Assembly: GCA_000934665.2 (NCBI GenBank)
Contig: JYFJ02004144.1
Coordinates: 1 to 34,410 of the forward strand
Length of the DNA: 34,410 nucleotides
DNA from: Catajapyx aquilonaris
Lineage: Eukaryota
Direction of reading: 5' to 3'
Shown here: positions 11,045 to 22,610 of the stretch, piece by piece
Position numbering within the stretch: the first letter of the stretch is position 1
Layout: each line of letters opens with the position of its first letter
Notes under the pieces: model-generated
Database searches by the model: none
The model's input: only the letters and a program-made list of their open reading frames with translations
What the model was told of the DNA's origin: nothing
Program-made: the position numbers and the translations under genes

Positions 11045-11141
11045 AAGGTAGTATCACACTCCCTCGTAGATGGCGCATCCAGCCTCTCTAGACATTGCTG
11101 CCACTCTCAAGGTCGTGCGAGGGGTAGTGGTACTACATGCA
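11045..11141 (+). mobile_element. Dispersed repeat family A, copy 1: ~90-bp hairpin-forming MITE-like element
   Basis: Arms GTAGTATCACACTCCCTCGTA (11048-11068) and TGCGAGGGGTAGTGGTACTAC (11116-11136) are imperfect inverted repeats; homologous to 23664-23754 and 27119-27184. Confidence 0.75.
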
Positions 11142-12887
11142 CTTAGCTAGGAGATCGATGTCAGACTTGCTAAATGATTTTAAAGGTCAAGTGAGGCCAC
11201 TGACATGGGGGAAAAACAGGTTGCTTTACAGTACTTTGTTGGCTTTTTGCGCTTCACTCAGTTCAAGTTGTGTTACTGGTTATTAAAATAATGTAAACTT
11301 ATTAGTTTACAAAAGAGATCGTGTCTTACAGTGCTTCTGGCCGCAATATTGCGAAAGACGAGGAGATGAATTTGTACCATAATTTGATTAGGAACAGACA
11401 AGCATGTAACGATCGAAATTTTAAAACAAAGTAACAGCGTCTGATTTTGAGGTGCAATGCTGTATGTACTAGTAGGTATGTGCTGCATTAATTCAACAAG
11501 CACATTTTGAAAACCTTTACATATATGGCTGCAGAGTCTACTCCACAGACAACTTTCTATGATAAACGCAATTGGTCTTAATCATTATAAAAGACCAAGT
11601 ACAGTACACCAATGAAGATTAATGATATGGCAGATAATTGAACAATGTTTACAAAGTTGCGATACTTCCGTGCAACTCGAGTCTGAATTACAGTACATCT
11701 CATTAACTCTGTTTTTGTCTTGTCTCGTCCTAAATAAATTCGCCGGCGTCTGGTACTGGATAACCCTGCCTATAGCCCTCTTTTCTCCTCACACACACAC
11801 ACACCCCCCCCCCTTTGAAATCTTGCCTCCAGGACGCATTTTTATGCAAATCAAATTTGGCCAGTTGCAAGGCTTAAATCAGAAGCTAGAATGTCTCCCA
11901 GGATATTAAACAGCAGATACTGTACTGTACTGTAAACATTGTGATATTCAAATTGAAGTTTTTTGTAGGCTGCTTATTCAATCTTCAGGCCAACAATTTG
12001 CCACTGATGGCAGTTGCACTGTAGCAACGATATCGTTTTTTTTTTTTTTTTTTTGCAAAATCTCAGTCAAAAGCAGAGGTATGCGGTTTTTGGAGATTCC
12101 TAATTTTATAAAACCAATAAAGAATTGAACATTATTATGAAATATTATTTGAAACATTACCAAGAGTTAAGTTCTATAACAAGCATTATTTCTTCCACGT
12201 GAGAGACGTTTAGTGTTTAATTACTGACAGGCTAACAAAGAGCTTTTTAATTAAAGCTTGATAACGTCAGATCCTTTTTAAAAGCATGGTTGTCAAGGGG
12301 GCCCAGATGCCCTTTATTAGCTTGTCCTAATCTTTTCCCTGCCTGACAAAAGCAGATGTCGCTTTTCGAATGCTATATGAAAAAAAAGAAGGATGAAAAG
12401 TATAAGCTGCAAGTATAGCAACAATACTAATTATGGCTGCTCTTTCACACTGACACAAAGAAATCATCGCGTAACAGATGCCTGCAGGATTTTTTTTTTG
12501 CCCTTTTTTATCTGTTGCAAAAATGTGCTCGTTCAGCCCAGGCTGATTGATTTATCGCCAGGGAAAAAAGGGATCATCCTCAGAAATCGCATTAGTGACG
12601 TGTCCTCCACATCGCCAAAAGTTTAATTCGCAACATGACAAAGCGGTCCTTGATCGCCTCTGATTAGTACATTAGCCCCTCTCGAAACGAGTCAGCTTAC
12701 TGCAACAATGTTATGGCAAAAAAATTGCAAAATATCAGCTCTTAAAAATATTGTTGAGTAGATTTAGGTTCAGTGTGAGTTTTTTTCCGGTCTTATTTGT
12801 CTTTGACTTTTTCACTCTAAATATTTTTCGAGTCAATTTTTGTTTTGAGTTGTATTGAGTTGAAAGAACTCTTGATGCGCAGGAATG

Positions 12888-12972
12888 TTTTATATAGCAA
12901 GGGGTGGTTGTCCGGACTCGAAACCCGTAGCGTGCATCGACCATGTCCCAAGTTCGAAGCCCTGCAGACTCA
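12888..12972 (+). mobile_element. Degenerate tRNA-Ser(CGA)-like relic / SINE head
   Basis: A-box-like TAGCAAGGGGTGG (12895-12907), anticodon-arm-like GGA-CTCGAAA-CCC (loop 12917-12923), long variable region, B-box-like GTTCGAAGCC (12952-12961) then CTGC. Acceptor and T stems do not pair, so this is not a functional tRNA. Confidence 0.42.
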
Positions 12973-13490
12973 GTTGGGAGCGCGGCTTGTTGAAGAGAGG
13001 ACGCGATTCTCGGATACTGTGAAAACGATTTTTTTGACACCTATGTTTACCCCAAATTTCGTGATATTTCGATACATTGTGTCGAGCTGAATCATCAGTT
13101 TTGGACATAGCCAAAAATTCAACAAAAGGTGAGTTTAAAAAAAAACAACAATCAGTGACAAATTGCATACCGCAACATCAACAAAACCGCAATGCAAGTT
13201 CTATATAAAAATAAGTGCAAATGTTACTAATCTTGCTGTATATTGCTGTTCAAAGTAAGGTATGTGCTTGAAATTTCGCTCTGAGAGAGGCAATTAGAGC
13301 CAAAGTGCTAATTGGGTAGGAATTATCGCCACTTTTATGTCGTCGACGAAGCGCAAAAATGACCCCTCCCTTTTTACTGTAGGAAGCGAGGCTTTAAAAT
13401 TTTGAACATCTCTTGCGGGGCTGGGTGATTCGAACCGGTTTGTCCTTATTTAATATTTGCGATTATAATTACGTGCGACAAAATGTGGTA

Positions 13491-13563
13491 TTTAAAACCA
13501 GCCTTTAATTTTGATTGTTTTGTACTTAAGACAGCAGCAATGGTTATTAAAGGTTGGTTTAAA
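13491..13563 (+). other. 73-nt imperfect hairpin
   Basis: AAACCAGCCTTTAAT (13495-13509) pairs with ATTAAAGGTTGGTTT (13546-13560). An inner stem ATTGTTTTGT / ACAGCAGCAAT with G-U pairs closes a 7-nt loop. Confidence 0.6.
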
Positions 13564-14489
13564 GCTTGAAAATCATTATCTGTTTGAAATGAACGTAAAA
13601 TTTGTATTCAATGTAATAATTTGCATATTTATGCAGTATAATCCAATATCATTATTTGCGCTGACTATCCTTGCATGATATTAACAAAAATCATTTTTAT
13701 CAAGTGTACCTTTAAAAATGGCAAATTTCGTCAGTCGTATATTCGCATCTGCCAATCAGAGGCGTCCCAAAAGGCTTTTAGAGCAACAAAGTACTTCAAT
13801 TGCTCTCTCTGCGCAATTTGAAGTGTAAACCCCGTACACACAGTGTAGCGTCCACTCTCGCACTCTCCTACAAGAGAACACTACACTGCCGCAGTATCTG
13901 ATTACACTACGCTACCTTAAACGGGTTATTTTGAACATGTACTCTGCAAGCGCGTAATCATGTAATAATTCGTCACAAAAAATATATCTACAAAATAATC
14001 AGTGTAGCGGAATATAAAGCGAGAAGTTTCATAGTTAGCGATTTTTTGCTAGACCGATTGAATAATTCATTCAAGCTCTGAATTTCCCATTGAAAATGCC
14101 CAATTTAGCATTGAGAATATAGCTAATTTTTTTTGCCGAATCCACACAGCTGAAAGTAACTGTTCCAAAAATAACTGCTAACGCTGAACTAAAGCTGATA
14201 CCTCTATTACTGACATCTGTTGTGAAAATTTACGACTCCCATGCTCTGCCATCCGATTGGAATCAGCCTTAAGGCGAGTAATGCCTAACTTTTGTTGGCA
14301 TGCGCAGATTCCTCTGACGGTTGCCATGTTGTGACAGAGGAACACTGATCTAGTGCTTTAATCTCAATACAATTTTTTATGTAGCTTTATCTTTGAGGGG
14401 GACAAGAGAAGCTGAACCTCGCAAATCTAGTTATTCTTCTCATGATTGAAGGGACTTTCTGGGAGAGAACGTGGCAGTTGGGCCTATTG

Positions 14490-14514
14490 CCCCCCCNCCC
14501 CCCCCCCCCCCCCC
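14490..14514. repeat. Poly-C tract containing an N (14497)
   Basis: Homopolymer with a single ambiguous base. Confidence 0.9.
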
Positions 14515-14862
14515 AGCAGCCAATGCCTACAGGGCTTGATAAATTTTTCATGATCCGCGAGGACGGATAGGAAGGCAGTAGGAAATTTAGTGCTGTTGTT
14601 GAGATAAAAGCGAGTCCGACAAATGCAGGCATAATGCTTCTTCAGCGGGGAGGAGTAAAGGCTCATGAATTTAACATACCGCAGAGTTATACGGGAAAGG
14701 TTCTTGGCCCCTTGCTCTACAGGTCACGACATCAGACTTATGCAAAATTGATGGATCTTTTGCCTCAGGATTTCTGCACGTGGTCAGTACAGGCTTTGGC
14801 AACTTCAGAAACATGGAACCTACTCGGAATTTTTCTCTCAGTGTTTAAAACTCCCTAAATCT

Positions 14863-15084
14863 TAACCTAACGTAACATAAGCCAGCCACCCTCCGGAAAA
14901 TATGAACGGCTCCTTTATCTGAATAAATTCCAGACCCATATTTCCTTACAGACCACATATTATTTTACCCTAACCTAACCTAGCCTAACCTAACCTAACC
15001 TAACATAAACCAACCTTTCCGGAAAACATTAACGGCTTTTTAAAAAATGAATTCCGGACCAATATTTCTTACAAATCACATATT
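14863..15084 (+). repeat. Two-unit tandem duplication (~125-bp period) with (TAACC)n telomere-like tract
   Basis: Unit 1: TAACATAAGCCAGCCACCCTCCGGAAAATATGAACGGCT...AATTCCAGACCCATATTTCCTTACAGACCACATATT. Unit 2: TAACATAAACCAACCTTTCCGGAAAACATTAACGGCT...AATTCCGGACCAATATTTCTTACAAATCACATATT. About 6-7 TAACC units at 14969-15005. Confidence 0.85.
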
Positions 15085-16187
15085 TAGCACAAATGATAAT
15101 TTTCATTTCCATTTTTGAGCCCGACTCTGAGCATATTTTACAGACATCGTCAACTTCACTCGACGGCGATATCAGGCGTAATGCGGAAACCTCACGGTCC
15201 TGATGCCCGTGGAGGAAAAAATCGCCGTAATAACTGCACAAAAAAGACTCCTTCCTCCTGATGCAGGCTTAGAAAACGAGGCAATTGGACAGGGTAAGGA
15301 TGGGCGGGAAGAGGGCCAAATAATCCCGGATTGAGAGTTAGGGCTCGTCTGAATGAGACACGTCGACTTATTCCAAGGCGTCTCATGCGAGTCGGGCGGA
15401 AATCAGCGCCTGTAACGAAGTTCTTTGTATGCAAATTGCTCTGGATCTCCCCCCTCACGTGCTGCCAATGTCCATAAAGACAGACGCTCGATTGTTGTGC
15501 CCATATAAGTGGACAACTCCTCACTGGAAAAAATGCTCGAATTTCACCTTTAAAAAATTCAGCCCCAGTTGAAAAGCAGCGATTCCTGACTGGAATATTC
15601 CAGTTCTCCAGCTAAAATGATGAATAGACAAGCGTGTGTGGCCCCGGTGCTGGAAAAAGGGTGGTGCAACGTCCTCATTTCGCGAGGCTTGCTTGCTCTT
15701 TCCGCCAATGATATATAATCGCATCCGCAGGCATTAGTTTTAATATAGGCCGGGGGTAAAACTGAGTGGGGGATTTCGCAGGTTTGGGAAGATTATATCT
15801 AGTTTCGCGGTGTGGCATACAGCTGAAAGGAATTAAACGTTCAAATGCTGCTCAGGATGGGGGATCAACTGAGCTCTGCAAACAGTACTGCGATTTTGGA
15901 CAGACGAGGAGTATTATTCTAGATGTAATGCTTATATGCCTTCTCCTTCCAGTAATTGTATTGACATTACAATTAGGGCGTTCATCCGCAGAAGGAAAAT
16001 ATTTATGTCCACTGTAGCTCACATTTATGACCTGAAAAATATGGCAATTAGATGGCGGCATAAATTGGAACTTTAAAAATAGTTTTTACACTAGAAAAAC
16101 CTTCGCTACACTCGAATTTTTCTAGGGCGAAGGTCTCGAGGGTCAACGATGGCAGTCAGCAATCAAACGAATGGTTCCTCCATCCAC

Positions 16188-16252
16188 TGCGCAGGCGCGG
16201 AACTGGGCCAATCGGAAGCGTCGCAGTAACAATATGCGTCGGGCCAATCAGA
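16188..16252 (+). promoter_or_regulatory. Cluster of an NRF1/ewg-like site and two NF-Y CCAAT boxes
   Basis: TGCGCAGGCGC (16188-16198), GGGCCAATCGGA (16205-16216) and GGGCCAATCAGA (16241-16252), with the CCAAT cores 36 bp apart, in a locally CpG-rich patch. Motif match only; could be transposon-derived. Confidence 0.35.
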
Positions 16253-16734
16253 AGGCATAACCAGACATGCCCACAAGCAGCAAGCCTTTTACTCTCGCGA
16301 TATTCTGCCTTGCAAGTTATGTTTCTGCATCGTGGCAGTTTTCCAGTTAAGGCTTGTAAGAAATGGCAAATGATGCATTAAGGAAGAAAGGTTCATTTCC
16401 CGGGATGATGAAGAATTTTGGCCATTAGGACCTCCCCAAAAGAAAAGCCACGAATTTTTCAGCAACCCGTCTTGACTAGATACATAGCAACGGAACTGGA
16501 AAAAAGTCTGGGCAAAAAAATATATATACGCGTATTGCGAAGAATGTAGACAAAAAAATATTTTTAGCCCAACATGTTGGTTTGCTTATGCTTAGCCTTT
16601 TCCCAGTCGCATGACTCTCGTTACAAGCTTCCAGACTTCCCCCATATCGATTCAGCATGTGAGCCCCGGCATTTTCCCCTACAACTCTTCTTTCCCCCGC
16701 AACAGAAATCCCCGGCGGAAAAGACATCAGAAGG

Positions 16735-16760
16735 CCCCCTCCCCCTCCCCTCCCCCACCC
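16735..16760 (-). other. G-quadruplex-forming motif
   Basis: Plus strand CCCCCTCCCCCTCCCCTCCCCCACCC gives five G-runs with 1-nt loops on the minus strand. Confidence 0.55.
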
Positions 16761-19700
16761 GAAAAACGCTGCAGCTATTTGGAGGATTTGAAAAGACCAA
16801 GTTAAGCAACAAAATACGTGAAGTACAGGAAAAGCGGTCGTATTGTGGCTGGCACTCGCGGAGTCCTCCATGAATAAAATATTAACTCCCCTCCGAAGAA
16901 GATTGGAGCACTTTAAAATAGGATTCCATTTGCCAGCCGAGTCTCTCGTTATGCTCGGTGAAGCGAACATTTTATTTTGAGATTTTTTTATATTTTTACA
17001 TATGATTCCAAAAATATCATGAAAAAATATCGCAATGCCATATTTTGTAAGAACAAAAATACTGTACAATAGCATAATTTTTCTTCTGAAATGTGAATTT
17101 CCTTTGAATTGCTACAGCCAATACATTCAGGTCACAAGCTGACCATCAAATGACTCTAACGAAACACGAGGTCGTGAATGAAAATCCAGAGTAACATGCA
17201 CTGCTGGTTACTGTCCGAGGGTTAATTTCAACCGGGAACAGCGAGTAATGGACGTGCGTTTAACGCATCTGGAACTTCATTATGCGAGGGTAAGTTTATT
17301 GGAAAACTGTAACAATGGTGGGCGGCCCCCGCCTTTATGCTGGCAGCCCAGTGGATGAAGTTTCCGAACCGTGTCCGTTATAATTACAGAAGAGAACTGG
17401 CAGCGTTACATTTTTCTGATATTTTTTTTTTGCTCCTTGTCGACATGGTCCTCCACAGTGTGTCCAGTGGTTTGGAATATTTTAGCCAGCACTATATATA
17501 TAGGGAGAGAGAGGGAGAGAAGAAAAAATACATGGTCCGCTGAATTGATTAATAGGACACGTTAACTAGAATTTGGCATAGTCCAGTGATGTCCTTTATT
17601 GGGACTGGAATGTGCAATTTTCTGTCCGGATTGTTTACATGCAACGGGCAGGCCATTACTGGCCGTCATATTCAAATTGCACTGAAAAGTATGGCCATTA
17701 CTGATGCACTTAGTCCATGCATGAAAATAATGAGAGAGAGAAAAAAATTGTGCACGTGTCTTGAAAGCTATTTTAGTGCGACAATGCTTTAAGCATAGTC
17801 TCTTTAAAGTTGGTTTTCATCGCAACTTGCAAAATTTTCTTTGGGTACTTCCAGTGGGTACTCCCACATAAAAGGTAGAACTACTGGGAGTCGAGAGCGC
17901 AAGGGTTGGAAGAAAAAGATCCTCCGAAAGTTTAAGCTTTATTATCGGAACTTTCGAGGGTAGATGCGGCTGTGAATAGAATTTTAATTAGTGCCGCGGA
18001 ATATTCAACGAGCTTCGATTTGTTTTGCGGTTTTATGCCAAAGGCGACGGAGATTGCATTGGGAGCCTCTGCGATCAATGGATTTGATTGGCGTTTAATC
18101 TGCAAAATTTTGCTAACTTATCGACTTATGTGCTTTCTAAGAAATATAGGAAAATACGCGGCTTGCTGATTGGCCTTTGCCGGTATTGTATCTGATCGTG
18201 ACAGGTGGGGCTCAATATTCGAGCTTATAATTTATGATTAATTTGCACCCTGAAGCACCACCAATGTACCAGGTAAATCCTGTGCAACATAAATTATTTA
18301 TCGCGACCGAATATTTCATTCGACTGGACAGCGTGTGACACAACTGTAAATGATATTATGCATTACATAATATAATTTATATTGTAAATGCTATTGATCA
18401 TGCCTCTCCCATCCGGCTAGGTGACAATAATAATTCATTTAGGTTGAAAGGCTGTGTACAATAATGATATTATCATGAGCCGTTAACGGATATTATTTTG
18501 CATAGCATAAAATATTGGATCATTTGCTCCAGAGGATGACACAATGTGATTTTATGCTAAATTCATGTAGTGTTTTTTTCCCTCTCAGAAATACATGCAA
18601 GTCTGCAGACAGGATAGTTTACATAAATCAGATTTTATTTGCGATTTCGTGGTTCGCGCTGAATTCGAATGCATCTATAATCTCAAGTGCATTTTTTTTG
18701 CAAAAGCTACATTTGCAAACATGACACGGGACCGAAGATCCACCGTTGCAATGTGTGGATGAAAGCGAAATCTCGTTTGCCGTTTTTATTTTTGCGGCCA
18801 ACCTCTCTCTCTGGCTTCCGTGATGAACCCCCCTAGGTTCTCTGAATATCCAATCCCTTATACTCAGTTTCACTGCGTTTGCATTTTGCATAAACCCATT
18901 CGCACCGAATGCGGGCCGTGGAATATCTGGGCCCAAAAAAAAAACTGCCACAAAACACAGCTCTTTTGTTTTGTGGATGCTTTTTTTTTGGGAGGGAGGC
19001 ATCGAGTTCATCACATTGACAGTGAGTCCCTAAATACTGAAATGAAAATAAACAAGTACGTCGTATGGTTAGGACACGCTGAGAAAATGCTTAAATTAAG
19101 CGTAATGCACATTAATTCGAAATAACTTGTACATTCTACTTTACATTGACCCATTGTTGATTCTGCCCGGAGGAAATAGCAGATTCTGAAATTTTCCGTG
19201 TAGAAACAGCGCTCTTCTGCAGATTAAATATTTTCCCAGGCGTACCCCCTTAACATAGCGTAATAAGTCGTTCCACTCGTCAAACAGAACTTCCACGAGG
19301 AGTAGTCCTGCTCCCTGAATTCTGAAATATTAAAATAAGCACTATAGTTCTCTAGCAGGCGGATGAGAATTGTACACCTGCAGTGTCACAAAATCAATGA
19401 CATTAAGTAAAACGACATTTTGTAATTGGACAAAAAAATACTTGTTCTGTACACACCTGTACTTGCCTGGGCGTTCAAAGTATCTATATAATTAGGTAGT
19501 TTATATGTAGCCATAAAAATTGACTAATTTAGTGCCAGGACTTGGCTGAGTCTGAATATTAGCCTTGCTATAGTTCCACTCATCAGAATGTTATTAATAT
19601 CAGTAAATTTTTGATCTTCAAAGCGGGTTCATTTTTGTATGGATGGGAAAAACCCCAGCAATAAGAGCAACCTGCGATCATGTGCAGGGCTACGACTATA

Positions 19701-22541
19701 TTCGAGCAGGTATATAGCAGTATGTCTATTGGATTCTTTCCTTTGAACTTTTTGCAACATATGAATTGAAAAAAAAACACATCTGTTTGAAGTTTTAATT
19801 ACTATGTAGCCTAGAGACTTCGTTTTTGTGTTTCACTGCTCAACATTGGATGCTTAGAGAACATTCTCGCACATTTTTAAATGCACATACACGCTGCAGG
19901 TACAAAAAAAATCTAATACGAAAACCCGCGGAGTCGATTATTTTTCAAAAAAAGCGTACCGTGGGCAAAGCTGTGAATTTGCGTTATTAATTAATAGCAT
20001 GTACAGCACGTGCAGAAGGCTGCAAGTTCTGACGTTTTCGGTTAGAGCAAAAATTACACCTCCCGCAGAAAATTTTCCAGTTTGATTAATGGCGAGCAGA
20101 CGCTTTCGAACTCCATCGACTCGTCATCATCAACAGCATTGAAATTCCCTGTCAACCTGTGGATGGAAAGTACTCGCTAATTAATGATCGAGCGAAATGC
20201 GACCTGTGAAACTGGCAGGAAAACTCAATTCCAGTCCGTTAATGCAGTGTTGCGCGTGAAAATTCCGCAAAACACAATTTGTCACCAGCACATCCGACTA
20301 AGCAACGCAACGTGGCAGAAAATACGACCAGAATGCAAAATGTAGTATCCAGCACTCTATATAGCTGTTATTGGCTAAATTTTACATGTGCATCAGGTCT
20401 TAGTACTTGCAGTACATCGTATATTGAAAGTTTGCGAAAATACCAAAAATTAAAGTGGTCTTATTTAGGGCAGATTGCCAGAGAACACAACCGGAGCGCT
20501 ATTTTTTTTGCAAAATTTATTTTTGATATAGTTAAGATCTGAGTTGCAGTATGTAGTATATGGCACTGTAATAGTACTTGACGTATGACTTAAAAAGCGT
20601 TAGACTGTTGGCGGTCGCTTTGTGAGCGGAGAGAGCGATTTAGGTCGACAGTAAAGGCGTGGATGATGATTATTCCCGGCAGTTTGCAGTATGCAATGCA
20701 GTTTAATAGCCTATAACTGCGCTCATTCCTTTTTATTAGGCCATTAGTGTTTAATATGGAGACTGGAGATTTTAAGGGAGAAGACCGTTTTCCTCTCTCT
20801 CTCTCCCTCCCTACAGATTCTCATTATGTTGAGAGTGATGCTTTGAAGAGTTTAACTTCATATCTCACTGCTTGGTCAAATGCCATTTCAGACATTAATT
20901 TATGTTGGCTCAAAAATCTATGCCACGATTACATTTTCTCGCAGTACTTGCAATTTCGCTTTGAACACATGCATTTATTTTCGAAACAATGGCACGTTGA
21001 AATAACAGTTAACCTCCGCGCAATATTACTGGCGGTGGATTACACATTTTTAAAACACCCAGTCTTGAAAATTAGTGTTTTCGAAAATGAATATGCTCGG
21101 GCCATATTCACAATGTGGATGTGGGGCATTAGAGCGTATTAATCACAAAAACAAATAATGGAAGGAATTCCAGTCGGAATCGGGGTGAGGGGGAAAGGGC
21201 TCTCTAATGACATTATACCCGTGATAAAGTGGGCAAAACTGTTAAGCTGCATAATGAGTGGAATGCACTCATTATCGCATCCAGGGATAGCCTTACTTAA
21301 CCCTGCTGATGTTGATGCCTATTTACAGATAGAAAACATGGGTTCACACTGTCTTTGCAAATTTGATGTAAATCTAATCAGTTTTTTTTAAATACTGAGA
21401 TTCACATGAAAATGATGGAAACGTGCATTTAATAATTTAGATTAGGGTGACTCGTTTTCCCATAAACTTAGTGTTACAGTGGGGATGGTCTCACGGACGG
21501 ACGGTGTTTCCCATTTCAGCTGCTGTCATTTTCCCCTCCAAACACAATTTTTTTTCGCGAATCGCGTTTAATTAGAGTGCAGGATGCAAAAAAGGTCCGT
21601 CGTTTGCTACTTACCATGTTAGCATCCCAGTGAAAAAATTCGGAAAAAAATTGGCCAACTTTTACATTACGCATGTAGATAAGAGCAGTTATTTGTTTCT
21701 GATTACGTGTGTCGTCTGGCTGCCTTCGCCACAATGTTTTATCCAGATCCCATCGCAGTGCTAATCTCACTCTCATTGTAGTCGTTAAAAAAATTTAATT
21801 CATGATGGATTGTGGGTGCGTGAACAAATCGGGGTAATAATGAAATCGAGATAATAATAAGCGTTGATCCTAGTGGTTGTTTAAAAAAAACTGCGGTTTA
21901 CCCGAGTGATGGATTTCCAAATGATACATTTAATCGCGCCGGCGGCGTTTTTAAGCGCCCGAATCCGATTAAACCGCAAACCCGTACTGATTATGTTGTT
22001 GTTTTTATTAGAGGGACCCCTGCAATGTGGCCGTCAGATAGCACCATGCTGCCATACACATATATAGCACACTGCGTAAAAACGCATTTCCACACAACAT
22101 CTGCATTGCTATAATGATATAATCCTCCTTTTAAGAATACATCCCCAGAAGGGAATATAATTATCCTATATATTTTTTTTTCGTCTTCTTCTCCTGAGCC
22201 AGGTTTTTCTTCTTCATCCATCTTACAAGACAGTTTTGTTTGTGTAAACGCGCAAGATGATCATGCCTTAGGAATTACTGTGTTCCTATTTCGGAGAAAC
22301 CCTTGTTCACTCCCTCTCCCATCGGAGGTGGTTTATCTTCCTAATGCAACTCCATTTCCTAAGGGCTTTTCGTTATTAATTCGGAGAATTGTCTCCCTCC
22401 AAGCAGAAGGCGGGTTCTCCGCCGGGATCAATTAGAACCAGGCTCCGCACTAGGAATGCCTAATGAATTTCACGTCACAAATATCTCCTTTTAGTGCACT
22501 ATTATTATATTATTTATAGTGCAAGGTGTCCCACAGGCTGG

Positions 22542-22610
22542 ATTTTTAAAAACGAGCGCAACCGAGTGCGCATCACAGTTAGCGCAGCTTTCAGGGTTGG
22601 AATTATCAAT
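22542..22610 (+). repeat. Dispersed repeat family B, solo end
   Basis: TTTTTAAAAACGAGCGCAACCGAGTGCGCATCACAGTTAGCGCAGCTTTCAGGGTTGGAATTATCAAT aligns to the reverse complement of 2392-2465 and to the TIR at 2980-3013. Confidence 0.75.

Noticed and set aside
13415..13442. B-box-like GGTTCGAATC on the minus strand
   Set aside because: No A box or tRNA stems at suitable spacing.
13509..13519. TTTTGATTGTT matching the 5' end of miR-315
   Set aside because: Only ~11 low-complexity nt match, and the 3' half and precursor context differ.
16476..17075. Longest ORF (199 aa, minus strand)
   Set aside because: Runs through A/T homopolymers and a C-rich tract; no protein family signal.
17205..17225. GTCCGAGGGTTAA, piggyBac-like right end
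   Set aside because: No matching left end in the correct orientation.
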